From contig JAXGSB010000001.1 in NCBI GenBank assembly GCA_040765295.1, forward strand, positions 144,528 to 168,527: a stretch of DNA of 24,000 nucleotides, in the 5' to 3' direction. The notes beneath the pieces are model-generated. The model saw nothing but the letters and a program-made list of their open reading frames with translations, was not told where the DNA came from and searched no databases. Positions 1 to 8,119 of the stretch are shown in pieces (positions within the stretch are counted from its first letter, which is position 1; every line of letters begins with the position of its first letter). Source of the DNA: Candidatus Scatomorpha sp. Lineage in GTDB: Bacteria; Bacillota; Clostridia; Oscillospirales; Oscillospiraceae. A program made the position numbers and the translations under genes.

Positions 1-1
1 A

Positions 2-691
2 GATAAAAACTTTTCCTTTAAGCAGGGCTTTATAGACCTGCTTTCGGGAAAACCCAAGAAAAAGAAAGAGGAGTTCTGGGCGCTTAAGAATGTGAGCTTC
101 GATATGGCACCCGGCGATGTAGTCGGGCTCATAGGCCCCAACGGAGCCGGAAAATCCACGCTTCTCAAAATAGTGGCGGGTGTCATGAAGCCCACAGAGG
201 GAAAACTCTTTGTAGGCGGCAATGTCTGCCCCATGATAGAGCTCGGAGCGGGCTTTGATGTGGAGCTGACTTGCAGAGAGAACGTTTTTCTAAACGGAGC
301 CATAATGGGCTATAGAAGAGACTTCCTTGAGTCGAAGTACGACGAGATAGTCGAATTTTCCGAGCTCCATGACTTTATGGAGGTTCCGGTGCGCAACCTC
401 TCTTCAGGTATGATGGCGCGCCTCGCCTTTTCTATAGCGACCGTGGTAGACCCCGAAATTCTCATAGTCGACGAGATACTCTCTGTCGGAGACTTGGCCT
501 TTCAGACAAAGAGCAAGAAGAAAATGCTCAGCATGATAGGCGGCGGAACAACAGTCTTATATGTTTCACACAGTCTTGACACCATAAAGGATTTATGCAA
601 CAAGGTTGCGTGGCTGCATCATGGCAAGCTTGTAAAGTTCGGCGGCACGGAACTCTGCGACGAGTACGCCGAATCGGTGAAATTGGTATAA
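2..691 (+). CDS. ABC transporter ATP-binding protein, TagH/Wzt-type polysaccharide or teichoic-acid exporter (5' end cut by window edge)
   Basis: The reading frame is open from base 2 (DKNFSFKQGF...EEFWALKNVSF), so the true start lies upstream. Walker A GPNGAGKST, family-typical ELGAGFDVELTCRENVFLNG, signature SSGMMARLAF, Walker B ILIVDE. Confidence 0.9.
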   Translation, partial: DKNFSFKQGFIDLLSGKPKKKKEEFWALKNVSFDMAPGDVVGLIGPNGAGKSTLLKIVAGVMKPTEGKLFVGGNVCPMIELGAGFDVELTCRENVFLNGAIMGYRRDFLESKYDEIVEFSELHDFMEVPVRNLSSGMMARLAFSIATVVDPEILIVDEILSVGDLAFQTKSKKKMLSMIGGGTTVLYVSHSLDTIKDLCNKVAWLHHGKLVKFGGTELCDEYAESVKLV

Positions 692-710
692 AGTTTAAGA
701 AAGGAAAAAC

Positions 711-1280
711 ATGAAAAAGATAATAGGAATTTTAATCGCGCTGTCCCTGCTTGTTTTAGCGGGCTGCGGAGCGGCAACTGGAAAAGCCGAGACGAACGAG
801 AAACCTGCGGCTGCCGACAAGCCCGAGACAGCTGCTGAGACTGTTCTTGTGGGGATAGAGACAAAAGACATATACGGAGAAGACTATAAGCTCTCTCTTC
901 CGAGCGAGGACTACGACCTCATTATGATCAACATATGGGGGACCTACTGCGGGCCCTGCAGAGCAGAGATGCCGGAGCTCGCCAAGCTCACAGCTCAGCT
1001 TCCCGAGAGGGTTCTGCAGCTTGGTCTCTGTATAGACGGCACAATGCAGGCGGAGGCGGCAAAGCAGATAGTCGAGTCGGCCGGCGGCACTTACGACAAT
1101 TTGCTGCCCTCGGAAAGCTTTGAGGAACTCCTCGGCAAAGTCGCCTATATACCGACAACCGTTTTCTTGAGCTCCAAGGGTGAGCTTGTGGGAGAAATGG
1201 AAGTAGGCGTACCCCAGGGAGATGTGGTCGAGGGTTATCTTAATATGATAAACTCCAGACTCGAACAGCTTGAAAAATGA
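711..1280 (+). CDS. TlpA/ResA-like thiol-disulfide oxidoreductase lipoprotein (thioredoxin fold)
   Basis: Signal peptide with lipobox LLVLAGC. Thioredoxin active site WGTYCGPC followed by RAEMPEL. AAGGAAA RBS 5 nt before the ATG. Confidence 0.85.
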   Translation: MKKIIGILIALSLLVLAGCGAATGKAETNEKPAAADKPETAAETVLVGIETKDIYGEDYKLSLPSEDYDLIMINIWGTYCGPCRAEMPELAKLTAQLPERVLQLGLCIDGTMQAEAAKQIVESAGGTYDNLLPSESFEELLGKVAYIPTTVFLSSKGELVGEMEVGVPQGDVVEGYLNMINSRLEQLEK

Positions 1281-2338
1281 AAATCATAAAGGGCTTTTTC
1301 AAAATAATAATATTGATAGTCCTTGTGCTGCTTGTCGCGGCAGGGATCTTTATAGCCTATCTGAGCCTTAAGGAATATAAGCCCGAAGCCGAGGAAGAGC
1401 TGAGCATAGAAAAAGGCGAAGGAAAAGCCGAGAGCGCAAAGGGAGAAATAAGGATTCTCAGCTTTAACATCGGATACGGCGGCTTGGGAAAAAACGCCGA
1501 CTTCGTGCTCGACGGAGGCAGCGGCAACGGCAAGCCCGAAAGCAGGGAGCTTTTCGAGGAATATTTTGGCTCTGCACTAGATTTTGTAAGAGACAGCAAC
1601 TGCGATGTCTACTTGCTCCAGGAGGTCGACAGAAGCTCCGCACGTTCATATAAGACCGACGAGATAGCGGAGCTGAGGAGTGAACTCGGTCCGCAGAGCC
1701 TTGTCTTTGCAAACAACTATCGCTGCCCCTATGTCCCCTTCCCCTGGCCTCCGATAGGCAAAGTAGACAGCGGCCTTCTCACAATGACGGATTTTGATAT
1801 AAGTAGCGCCGTGAGAAAAGCACTCCCGAATCCCTTTTCCTGGCCGCTCAGGGTTGCAAACCTGAAGCGGGCGATTTTGCTGTCGTACATAGCCGTTGAG
1901 GGAAGCGACAAGCAGCTCTGTCTTATAAACCTCCATCTCGAGGCCTACACGGCCGAAGAGGGCAGGCGTGAGCAGCAGGAGCTGCTTCTCGAGATAATGC
2001 GCGAGGAATATGAAAAGGGCAACTGGGTAATAGCCGGCGGAGACTTTAACCAAAGCTTTCCCGGCACGCGCGGGACCTACCCGATAATCGACGAGAGCTG
2101 GGTGCCCGGCGAGCTTAGCGAAAAAGAGCTAGGAGAGAGTTTTAGCTATGTCTTTGACGCTGAAACTCCCACATGCAGGCTTCTGAACAAAACGTATGAT
2201 AAGGAAACGGCGCAGCACTATATAATCGACGGATTCATAATTTCCGAAAATGTTGAGCTTGTATCGATAAAAACACATGATCTCGGTTTTGAATTCTCGG
2301 ATCACAATCCGGTGGAAATTGTTGTGAAGCTTAAATAA
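1277..2338 (+). CDS. Endonuclease/exonuclease/phosphatase (EEP) family protein with N-terminal membrane anchor
   Basis: N-terminal hydrophobic helix (IIILIVLVLLVAAGIFIAYL). EEP-type motifs ILSFNIGYG, LLQEVD, GGDFN and C-terminal SDHNPV. ATGA start/stop overlap with the upstream gene. Confidence 0.85.
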   Translation: MKIIKGFFKIIILIVLVLLVAAGIFIAYLSLKEYKPEAEEELSIEKGEGKAESAKGEIRILSFNIGYGGLGKNADFVLDGGSGNGKPESRELFEEYFGSALDFVRDSNCDVYLLQEVDRSSARSYKTDEIAELRSELGPQSLVFANNYRCPYVPFPWPPIGKVDSGLLTMTDFDISSAVRKALPNPFSWPLRVANLKRAILLSYIAVEGSDKQLCLINLHLEAYTAEEGRREQQELLLEIMREEYEKGNWVIAGGDFNQSFPGTRGTYPIIDESWVPGELSEKELGESFSYVFDAETPTCRLLNKTYDKETAQHYIIDGFIISENVELVSIKTHDLGFEFSDHNPVEIVVKLK

Positions 2339-2352
2339 AGAGCGAGGAAACT

Positions 2353-2979
2353 ATGCCGGAAAAAGAGATGTGGAAAAGCATAAACTTCGCGCTCACCATG
2401 GCCTTTATGGGAGATATTATGAGTGAGGGTGAGGATCGGCGCGAAAATGACTTGAAGCTCCTGAGCATTAAGGCAGAGCTTGAAGAGAGAATGAACTCGC
2501 TTATCGGCTCTCTGGGGAAGGAGAGGGTTTCGGAAAGCCTCAGTAAGGCCGAAAAGCTGAGCCGAATGCTCGTTTTGTCGATACTCTGCATGCTCGCAAA
2601 GAGAGCAGGGAGCAGTGTTGTGACAGACGAGGAGATTTTTGTTTATCTGAATGAAAGGCTCGATCTCGGTCTGGAGCAGTATGCGCTCAAAGTTCTTTGT
2701 TCCGATGAGGAAGAGCTGAGAGAGGCTCTGCTGAAGAGCATGAAGAGCCTGATATTAATGGGACTTAGAACCGAGAACATGACTGATGTGCTCCACCTCT
2801 TCAAAGCTCTGGCAGGGCTTTCGAGGCTTGCCGAGGAGGCTCTAGGGGAGCTTGAAGAATTTAAAGAGATTAGAATCGGCGCTGTGGCCGCGGAGCTTGG
2901 CGAGCTTGCGCTCGATGCGAGCGAAATGGCTCGAGCCGAAGTTGAAAATGACGAAAAACAGCAGATAAAAACTGACTAA
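2353..2979 (+). CDS. Hypothetical protein, predicted all-alpha, acidic (208 aa)
   Basis: Clean ORF with a GAGG RBS 5 nt upstream and core-like codon composition. I recognise no motif. Followed by a strong hairpin terminator. Confidence 0.6.
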   Translation: MPEKEMWKSINFALTMAFMGDIMSEGEDRRENDLKLLSIKAELEERMNSLIGSLGKERVSESLSKAEKLSRMLVLSILCMLAKRAGSSVVTDEEIFVYLNERLDLGLEQYALKVLCSDEEELREALLKSMKSLILMGLRTENMTDVLHLFKALAGLSRLAEEALGELEEFKEIRIGAVAAELGELALDASEMARAEVENDEKQQIKTD

Positions 2980-2997
2980 AAAAGAGAAAATATAAGA

Positions 2998-3030
2998 AAC
3001 GGAGAAGAGCAAAATCTTCTCCGTTTTAAT
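2998..3030. terminator. Bidirectional rho-independent terminator between convergent genes
   Basis: AACGGAGAAGA (2998-3008), loop GCAAAA, TCTTCTCCGTT (3015-3025). This is an 11-bp perfect stem with an A-rich 5' flank and T-rich 3' flank. Confidence 0.8.
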
Positions 3031-3050
3031 ATTGAGACTTTATCTAAAGC

Positions 3051-4019
3051 TTAGAGTTTTTCAATTAGCTTTCTCTTTATCTCGTTAAATTCCTCTTCCG
3101 TTAATATTCCTGCATCAAAAAGATCCTTGTTCTTTTGAATCTCGTCAGCAATAGATGTTTGAGGAGTCTGCTCTTCTTCCACCTCGTGTTTTTCCAAATC
3201 TTCAATCGTAGCCTTTATTTCGACCAAATCGGCATCCAGCTCCTCTTCGGTGTAATGAAACTTTGCTTCGTCAAGAGTATTTACCAACCTGAAACCCATT
3301 GGGCGCATTGATATAAAGGTGATGCCTGCAGAGACTACGCCGCCGATAACAGGGATAACTTTTCCAATAGCCTTAGCAAACGATTCTTTTGTCAACTTTA
3401 CACCGAAGTATTTGACAATAGACTTAATAATTGGATAGTAGAAAGTCTTTGTTAAAGCAAGGTTCGGCAATCTTTTGGCGACTTCTTTTCCAAATTGTGA
3501 GGAAAGAATTCTCAAAGCTGCAGATGAGCCTGAGGCACCAAGCATTACACCGCAGTATAAAACAAAAGATTTAGAAACTCTTTCTGAATTTAAGTTCCCA
3601 TCGACCCATAGATTTTCTTCTCCGTAAAGATAAGCAATCTTTTGGGCAAGATGTAGAGCCATTCCAAAGAACTGGGCGGTATCTGCCGTAATTGTCAAAG
3701 GCAAGGCAAGACCGCCGGGCATTCCTGCAACGAAAGACATAGAAGTTGATTTTAAAGTGTCATTAAAAACGACATTTCTTGCAAGTTGAAGAAGCTCTTC
3801 TCTGCCTATCCCAGCTTTCACAGGGCCTTCTCTCTGAATTCTTTCTTTCAGAGATTGTTCCTTTTTTGTGAAAATAGTGAGCAAAAAAACATCACGGTCA
3901 ACCTTGACCACGGGAATTTTAAGCAGAGTTTCTATAGTTTGCATTGTTGCAATTTCAGTTTTTGATAAATTCAGTTCTTCCAAAGTTTCAGTTTTAGAGA
4001 AATTTTGTTCTTCCAACAT
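3051..4019 (-). CDS. EcsC-like protein with C-terminal SHOCT domain (322 aa)
   Basis: The central region resembles the EcsC family: SFVAGMPGGLALPLTITADTAQFFGMALHLAQKIAYLYG and VIPVIGGVVSAGITFISMRP (compare B. subtilis EcsC SFVQGGLSGTGG...VLNLRAVQLISLTYG). The C-terminus KNKDLFDAGILTEEEFNEIKRKLIEKL is a typical SHOCT motif. AGGAGG RBS. Low GC. Confidence 0.7.
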   Translation of the reverse strand: MLEEQNFSKTETLEELNLSKTEIATMQTIETLLKIPVVKVDRDVFLLTIFTKKEQSLKERIQREGPVKAGIGREELLQLARNVVFNDTLKSTSMSFVAGMPGGLALPLTITADTAQFFGMALHLAQKIAYLYGEENLWVDGNLNSERVSKSFVLYCGVMLGASGSSAALRILSSQFGKEVAKRLPNLALTKTFYYPIIKSIVKYFGVKLTKESFAKAIGKVIPVIGGVVSAGITFISMRPMGFRLVNTLDEAKFHYTEEELDADLVEIKATIEDLEKHEVEEEQTPQTSIADEIQKNKDLFDAGILTEEEFNEIKRKLIEKL

Positions 4020-4093
4020 AATTTTTCCTCCTAATTTTTTATTAAAACAATTTTAAATGATTGACAGGTACTAAAGCAAGGCTTTTGTGAAGT

Positions 4094-4369
4094 TTATCTC
4101 TTTTTAAACCACAGAGAAAACATTAGCGGCAACAGATGCAGCCTCTTCATTTTCTTTTGAACGATTACAGGCGTATATATAGGATTTGTTGCTGTTACAT
4201 TTCCGTTTGGCTCAACTATAAACTGCGCCGGTGCGATTATGGGATTGTTTCGAGTTTCACCCGGAAGCTTGGTGTTGAGAATTATGTTTTCTCCGTCTTT
4301 CCAATAACCGACGAGAACTCGAGGAATGTCCCTTTTCAAATAATACTTTATTGCTTCTTCTACTGTCAT
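4094..4369 (-). CDS. Hypothetical small protein (91 aa) with hydrophobic C-terminal tail
   Basis: I take the start as the internal ATG at 4369 (MTVEEAIKYYLKRD...), 4 nt after the vWA stop. The longer 4462 start would overlap the vWA gene by about 90 nt in an Arg/Ala-rich shadow frame. No recognisable domain. The tail LLPLMFSLWFKKR is hydrophobic. Confidence 0.5.
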   Translation of the reverse strand: MTVEEAIKYYLKRDIPRVLVGYWKDGENIILNTKLPGETRNNPIIAPAQFIVEPNGNVTATNPIYTPVIVQKKMKRLHLLPLMFSLWFKKR

Positions 4370-4373
4370 TTTC

Positions 4374-5024
4374 TTATTTCCCGCCGCCGCGTTTTTTATA
4401 GTCCTTTTTAATCTCTTCGCCCCAGTCCTTCGGCATGGCGCCGCAAGCGCGCATACCGGCAATGGCTTTGCTCATAACCTTAAAGTTGAGCTCGACTCCA
4501 TCGCTGTCTGCAAGGAAGTTCTGGGCGCGGTCTGCGGAAATTCCAAAACTTCCCGCAGTTTCTATGGCGTCGATGTTCGCCCCAAGGAAGATAAACTCCC
4601 AGCCGCCCTTCTTCTGCTCTTCTATCATCGCCTTTACTTTCTTCGGCGAATATTCGCGGCTCGAATTTTCCATACCGTCGGTGATGATTACGAATATGAC
4701 GTTCTCGGCGCGGTATTCGGGAGCGGTGCTCTTTTGAACCGTCGCTATTTTGTTTATCGTTCTGCCTATGGCGTCGATAAGAGCGGTGGAGCCGCCGACC
4801 TGATATTCCTTCTCGCTCAAAGGGCTTACAGCCTTAATGTCGATGCGGTCGTGCAGGAGCTCATAGTTGTTGTCGAAAAGCACGCTTGTTATGCGGCACT
4901 CGCCCGGAAGCGCCTGCTGTTTTAAAAGCATCGAGTTAAAACCGCCTATTGTGTCGGACTCGAGTCCGCTCATTGAGCCGCTTTTGTCTAAAATAAATAC
5001 GAGTTCGCTTAAATTATTGTTCAT
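4374..5024 (-). CDS. von Willebrand factor A (vWA) domain protein, cytoplasmic, complete MIDAS (216 aa)
   Basis: MIDAS elements are DKSGSMSG (DxSxS), GGSTAL (Thr) and IITDGMEN (Asp). No signal peptide. AAGGAGGAAA RBS. Confidence 0.85.
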   Translation of the reverse strand: MNNNLSELVFILDKSGSMSGLESDTIGGFNSMLLKQQALPGECRITSVLFDNNYELLHDRIDIKAVSPLSEKEYQVGGSTALIDAIGRTINKIATVQKSTAPEYRAENVIFVIITDGMENSSREYSPKKVKAMIEEQKKGGWEFIFLGANIDAIETAGSFGISADRAQNFLADSDGVELNFKVMSKAIAGMRACGAMPKDWGEEIKKDYKKRGGGK

Positions 5025-5158
5025 TTGTGTTTCCTCCTTAAGTTTTTCTGACTTAAGGATAGCATTTTAAAAAGAACAAATGGTCGCTTTAAAAGCGACA
5101 AATAGAAATCATAAAACTCTATGGCAAAACCCATATTTTTGCAGAGTTTTTAAGCGTT

Positions 5159-6184
5159 CTAAGCTCCCAGCAACTGTTGGTCGAAGTCAAAGAGGACAGT
5201 ATTTATCTCTATAATATCGTATTTTTCGTTTGTGATGAAGTATTCGACAATTACATCGAACTTTTTGCTTTGAGAAAGAGCATATCCGGCTCGTTTAAGC
5301 AAATCGTCAGTTTCCTCAATCGAAAGCTCCAGCCCCACAGCGAGGGCAATAACGGTGCGCTTGCTTGGGGTATAGTCTTTTTGACTTCTTATTTTCGAAA
5401 AGAGTTTCCTGTCGATGTTGGCGCGCTTGTAAACCTCCACCTCGTCTTTGCCCTTCGCATCAATCAGGCGAAAAAGTGTTTCCGAGAAAGACTCGTCAAG
5501 TTTAAAGAAGTCCTCTTTAAGAACGCTCGGCAAACCTTGGACAGGAGTGCCGCCCAGAGCAGTCGGCAGATGCTTTTTGGGAATAGCGGATCTTGCCGTT
5601 TCGAGAAACTCTGCGGCTCTTTCTGAAAGACTTCGTCGGGAAAAGGGATACTCCTCAACATAGTGCTCGTCGATATAGCTTTTAACCTCATACAGAAGCT
5701 TTTTGCTGACAGAGAGCGCCGACTTGTCGAAGACTACGAGATATATATCCATATCGTGCTCCGAGAGAAAGCTTCTGAAAACCTCGGTCGCAACATGAAG
5801 GGCTTCTTCCTTGGGGTATCCATAGGCGCCGCTCGAGAGAAGCGGGAAGGCAATGCTCTTGCACTTCTTTTCCAAAGCCAAGTTAAGGCTGTTTGTATAA
5901 GCCGAGCGCAGAAGCTCTTCCTCACCGCTCTTGCCGTCTTTATATATGGGACCCGCGGTGTGGATAATGTATTTTGCCGGAAGAGCGAAGGCCGGAGTTG
6001 TGACCGCCTCGCCTGTTTTTATGGGCGCAAGCTTTTCGCAGGCAGCCTGCAGCCTGCGCTCGCCCGCGGCATTAAAGACAGCGCCGCAGACGCCTCCTCC
6101 TATCGTGAGCTCGGTGTTGGCGGCATTTACAATTGCATGAACTTTCATTTTCGTAATGTCGTTGCGGACTATTGAAAACGGCAT
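5159..6184 (-). CDS. MacroD-type macro domain (ADP-ribose/O-acetyl-ADP-ribose hydrolase-like) fused to a C-terminal XRE-like HTH domain (341 aa)
   Basis: The N-terminal half carries the macro signatures VNAANTELTIGGGVCGAVF and LLSSGAYGYP. The C-terminal segment LFRLIDAKGKDEVEVYKRANIDRKLFSKIRSQKDYTPSKRTVIALAVGLELSIEETDDLL fits an XRE/Cro-type helix-turn-helix pattern. Confidence 0.8.
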   Translation of the reverse strand: MPFSIVRNDITKMKVHAIVNAANTELTIGGGVCGAVFNAAGERRLQAACEKLAPIKTGEAVTTPAFALPAKYIIHTAGPIYKDGKSGEEELLRSAYTNSLNLALEKKCKSIAFPLLSSGAYGYPKEEALHVATEVFRSFLSEHDMDIYLVVFDKSALSVSKKLLYEVKSYIDEHYVEEYPFSRRSLSERAAEFLETARSAIPKKHLPTALGGTPVQGLPSVLKEDFFKLDESFSETLFRLIDAKGKDEVEVYKRANIDRKLFSKIRSQKDYTPSKRTVIALAVGLELSIEETDDLLKRAGYALSQSKKFDVIVEYFITNEKYDIIEINTVLFDFDQQLLGA

Positions 6185-6272
6185 AGCAGCGCCCCCCTTA
6201 TTTAAATATTAACTGATACTTGATTTTAGCACATCTTCAAGACATTTTCGACCGAGAGTTTTAGTCAAAAAA

Positions 6273-6767
6273 CTATCTTTTAAGCAGCATTTCAAACTCG
6301 GAGATTTCCCCTCTGGGGACCTTCTGGCTTAGCTTATGGCCCGTGAAAGAAAAGCCGCATTTCTTGTAGAACCCGATTGCGTTTTGGTTCCCTTCGAGCA
6401 CAAACAAAACGACGGAAGGGGAAGGCAAAAGTTCAAGGCATTTATTCAGCAGAGCCTTGCCTATTCCCTTCTTCTGATATTTTTGAAGAACATACAGAGC
6501 CACAAGCTCGGAAGACGGCTTGATGCTAGCAAAGTCTCGAGATTCAGGGAAATAGTTAGCAAAGCCGACAACCTCGCCCTCGACAAGGGCAACAAGAGTG
6601 TTCTGCGGGTAGTCAAAAGCGAAACGCAAACATTTTTCCAAGCTCCTGCCGTCTAAAAATTCCTGCGGCATGAGCCCTGCATATGTTTCGTTCCAAGAAC
6701 TGTAGTGGACAAAGGCCTTGCCCCTTTTTTCGTCATCGCTTACGGCTTCTTTTATAATATAGTCCAT
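6273..6767 (-). CDS. GNAT family N-acetyltransferase
   Basis: Acetyl-CoA binding motif QKYQKKGIGKALLNKC (Q/RxxGxG/A) and C-terminal NAIGFYKKCGF. Confidence 0.85.
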   Translation of the reverse strand: MDYIIKEAVSDDEKRGKAFVHYSSWNETYAGLMPQEFLDGRSLEKCLRFAFDYPQNTLVALVEGEVVGFANYFPESRDFASIKPSSELVALYVLQKYQKKGIGKALLNKCLELLPSPSVVLFVLEGNQNAIGFYKKCGFSFTGHKLSQKVPRGEISEFEMLLKR

Positions 6768-6918
6768 TGTTACGCCTCAATAAACATATTTTCACTTTAT
6801 TTCCCGGCGATTTTATCATACATCGGTTTATGCAAAAAAAGAAGCCTCGGCGTCCGTTTTAGCGGAGTTTCCGCAACAGCGCCCAAGGCGTTCTTCTATA
6901 TTTTTTATGCCCTAGAGT

Positions 6919-7272
6919 TTAAAGAGCAGCCTTTGCCTTTTCGCAGAGTGCGGTGAAGGCTTCGGGATTGTGAATGGCTGTCTCCGAGAGCATTTTTCTG
7001 TTCATCTCGATGCCGGCAAGTGTGAGACCGTGCATGAAAGTGGAATAGTTCATTCCGTTCAGCTTGCAGGCGGCCGAGATGCGGCTTATCCAAAGACGGC
7101 GGAAGTCTCTCTTCCTCTGCTTGCGGCCGACATAGGCGTAAACGCCCGACTTCATAAGCTGCTGCTTTGCCATTCTGAAATGGCGAGACTTATTTCCCCA
7201 ATAACCCTTTGCCAGCCCTAAGACCTTCTTTCTTCTGGCGCGAGTGCTTTTTGCATTTTTAATTCTGGCCAT
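6919..7272 (-). CDS. rplT: 50S ribosomal protein L20
   Basis: MARIKNAKSTRARRKKVLGLAKGYWGNKSR...RRLWISRISAA is a canonical L20 sequence. Last gene of infC-rpmI-rplT. Confidence 0.97.
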   Translation of the reverse strand: MARIKNAKSTRARRKKVLGLAKGYWGNKSRHFRMAKQQLMKSGVYAYVGRKQRKRDFRRLWISRISAACKLNGMNYSTFMHGLTLAGIEMNRKMLSETAIHNPEAFTALCEKAKAAL

Positions 7273-7285
7273 AATTATCCTCCTC

Positions 7286-7489
7286 TTACTTGTACGGAAT
7301 CATGCGCTTGATGGCGATGACATTTGTTGCGTCTGCATAGCCGCCCTTGCGAAGATTTCTCTTGCGTTTGGGAGTTTTTCCATGGCCGGTCGCAAGGTGA
7401 GACTTATATGCGCAGGCGCGCTTTACCTTGCCGGATTTGGTGAGACGGAATCTCTTTTTTGATCCTGAGTGTGTTTTTACCTTAGGCAT
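7286..7489 (-). CDS. rpmI: 50S ribosomal protein L35
   Basis: [24 protein letters not shown] is a canonical L35 sequence. Confidence 0.97.
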   Translation of the reverse strand: MPKVKTHSGSKKRFRLTKSGKVKRACAYKSHLATGHGKTPKRKRNLRKGGYADATNVIAIKRMIPYK

Positions 7490-7519
7490 TGATGTTCATC
7501 CTCCAATGAATATGCGACT

Positions 7520-8107
7520 TTAGGCCTTCCCGGCCTCATCGCTTTCTTTTTCTTCCTTTTCTTCCTGACTCTTTCTCTTTTTAAGCGCTGCCGGAGAGAG
7601 CGGCGAGAGGAATATTGACATGAAACGGCCGTCCAATCTGGGGCTTGCATCCAAACTTGCAATATCAACGCAGTTTTCAGCGAAGTCCAAAAGCAGCTTC
7701 TCTCCTATATGTGTGTGAGCCATTTCACGGCCGCGGAATCGCACGGTGACCTTAAGCCTGTCTCCGTTTTCAAGAAACCTTCTGCCGTTGCGAAGCTTAA
7801 CATTCACATCGTGTTCGCCGATGCCCGGAGACATGCGAATCTCTTTTACCTCCACAACATGCTGCTTTTTTCGGGCCTCCTTCTCGCGCTTGGACTGTTC
7901 AAAGCGGAACTTGCCGTAATCGATAAGTCTGCACACGGGCGGATTTGCCTGGGGGGCAACCTTCACAAGATCAAGACCCGCCTCATGGGCAATATCAAGA
8001 GCCTTGTCCGCCGACATAATTCCAAGCTGCTCTCCGTTTTCGGAAATGAGACGCAGTTCGCGATCCCTTATTTCTTCGTTGATTTCATAATCCGTGCTGG
8101 CTATCAA
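7520..8107 (-). CDS. infC: Translation initiation factor IF-3, non-ATG start
   Basis: (M)IASTDYEINEEIRDRELRLISENGEQLGIMS...VCRLIDYGKFRFEQ is typical of IF-3. The SD GGAGGTG (8117-8111) is followed by in-frame TTG (8107) and ATA (8104). The ORF-track start at 8263 adds an implausible 50-aa extension through the leader. Confidence 0.93.
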   Translation of the reverse strand: MIASTDYEINEEIRDRELRLISENGEQLGIMSADKALDIAHEAGLDLVKVAPQANPPVCRLIDYGKFRFEQSKREKEARKKQHVVEVKEIRMSPGIGEHDVNVKLRNGRRFLENGDRLKVTVRFRGREMAHTHIGEKLLLDFAENCVDIASLDASPRLDGRFMSIFLSPLSPAALKKRKSQEEKEEKESDEAGKA

Positions 8108-8119
8108 AAACACCTCCAT

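Noticed and set aside
4370-4462. Long form of the small ORF (122 aa, start 4462) overlapping the vWA gene.
   Set aside because: It would overlap the vWA 3' end by about 90 nt in an Ala/Arg-rich shadow frame. The internal ATG at 4369 sits 4 nt after the vWA stop, which fits coupled translation better.
5159-6184. The macro-domain protein as a DarG-type antitoxin of a DarTG toxin-antitoxin pair.
   Set aside because: There is no DarT-like (DUF4433) or other ADP-ribosyltransferase gene adjacent. The C-terminal domain looks like an XRE HTH rather than the DarG C-terminal domain.
7520-7570. Lys/Glu-rich C-terminal tail of IF-3 (KKRKSQEEKEEKESDEAGKA).
   Set aside because: It is a short low-complexity extension beyond the conserved C-domain. 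Such tails vary between lineages and carry no specific signal that I can support.
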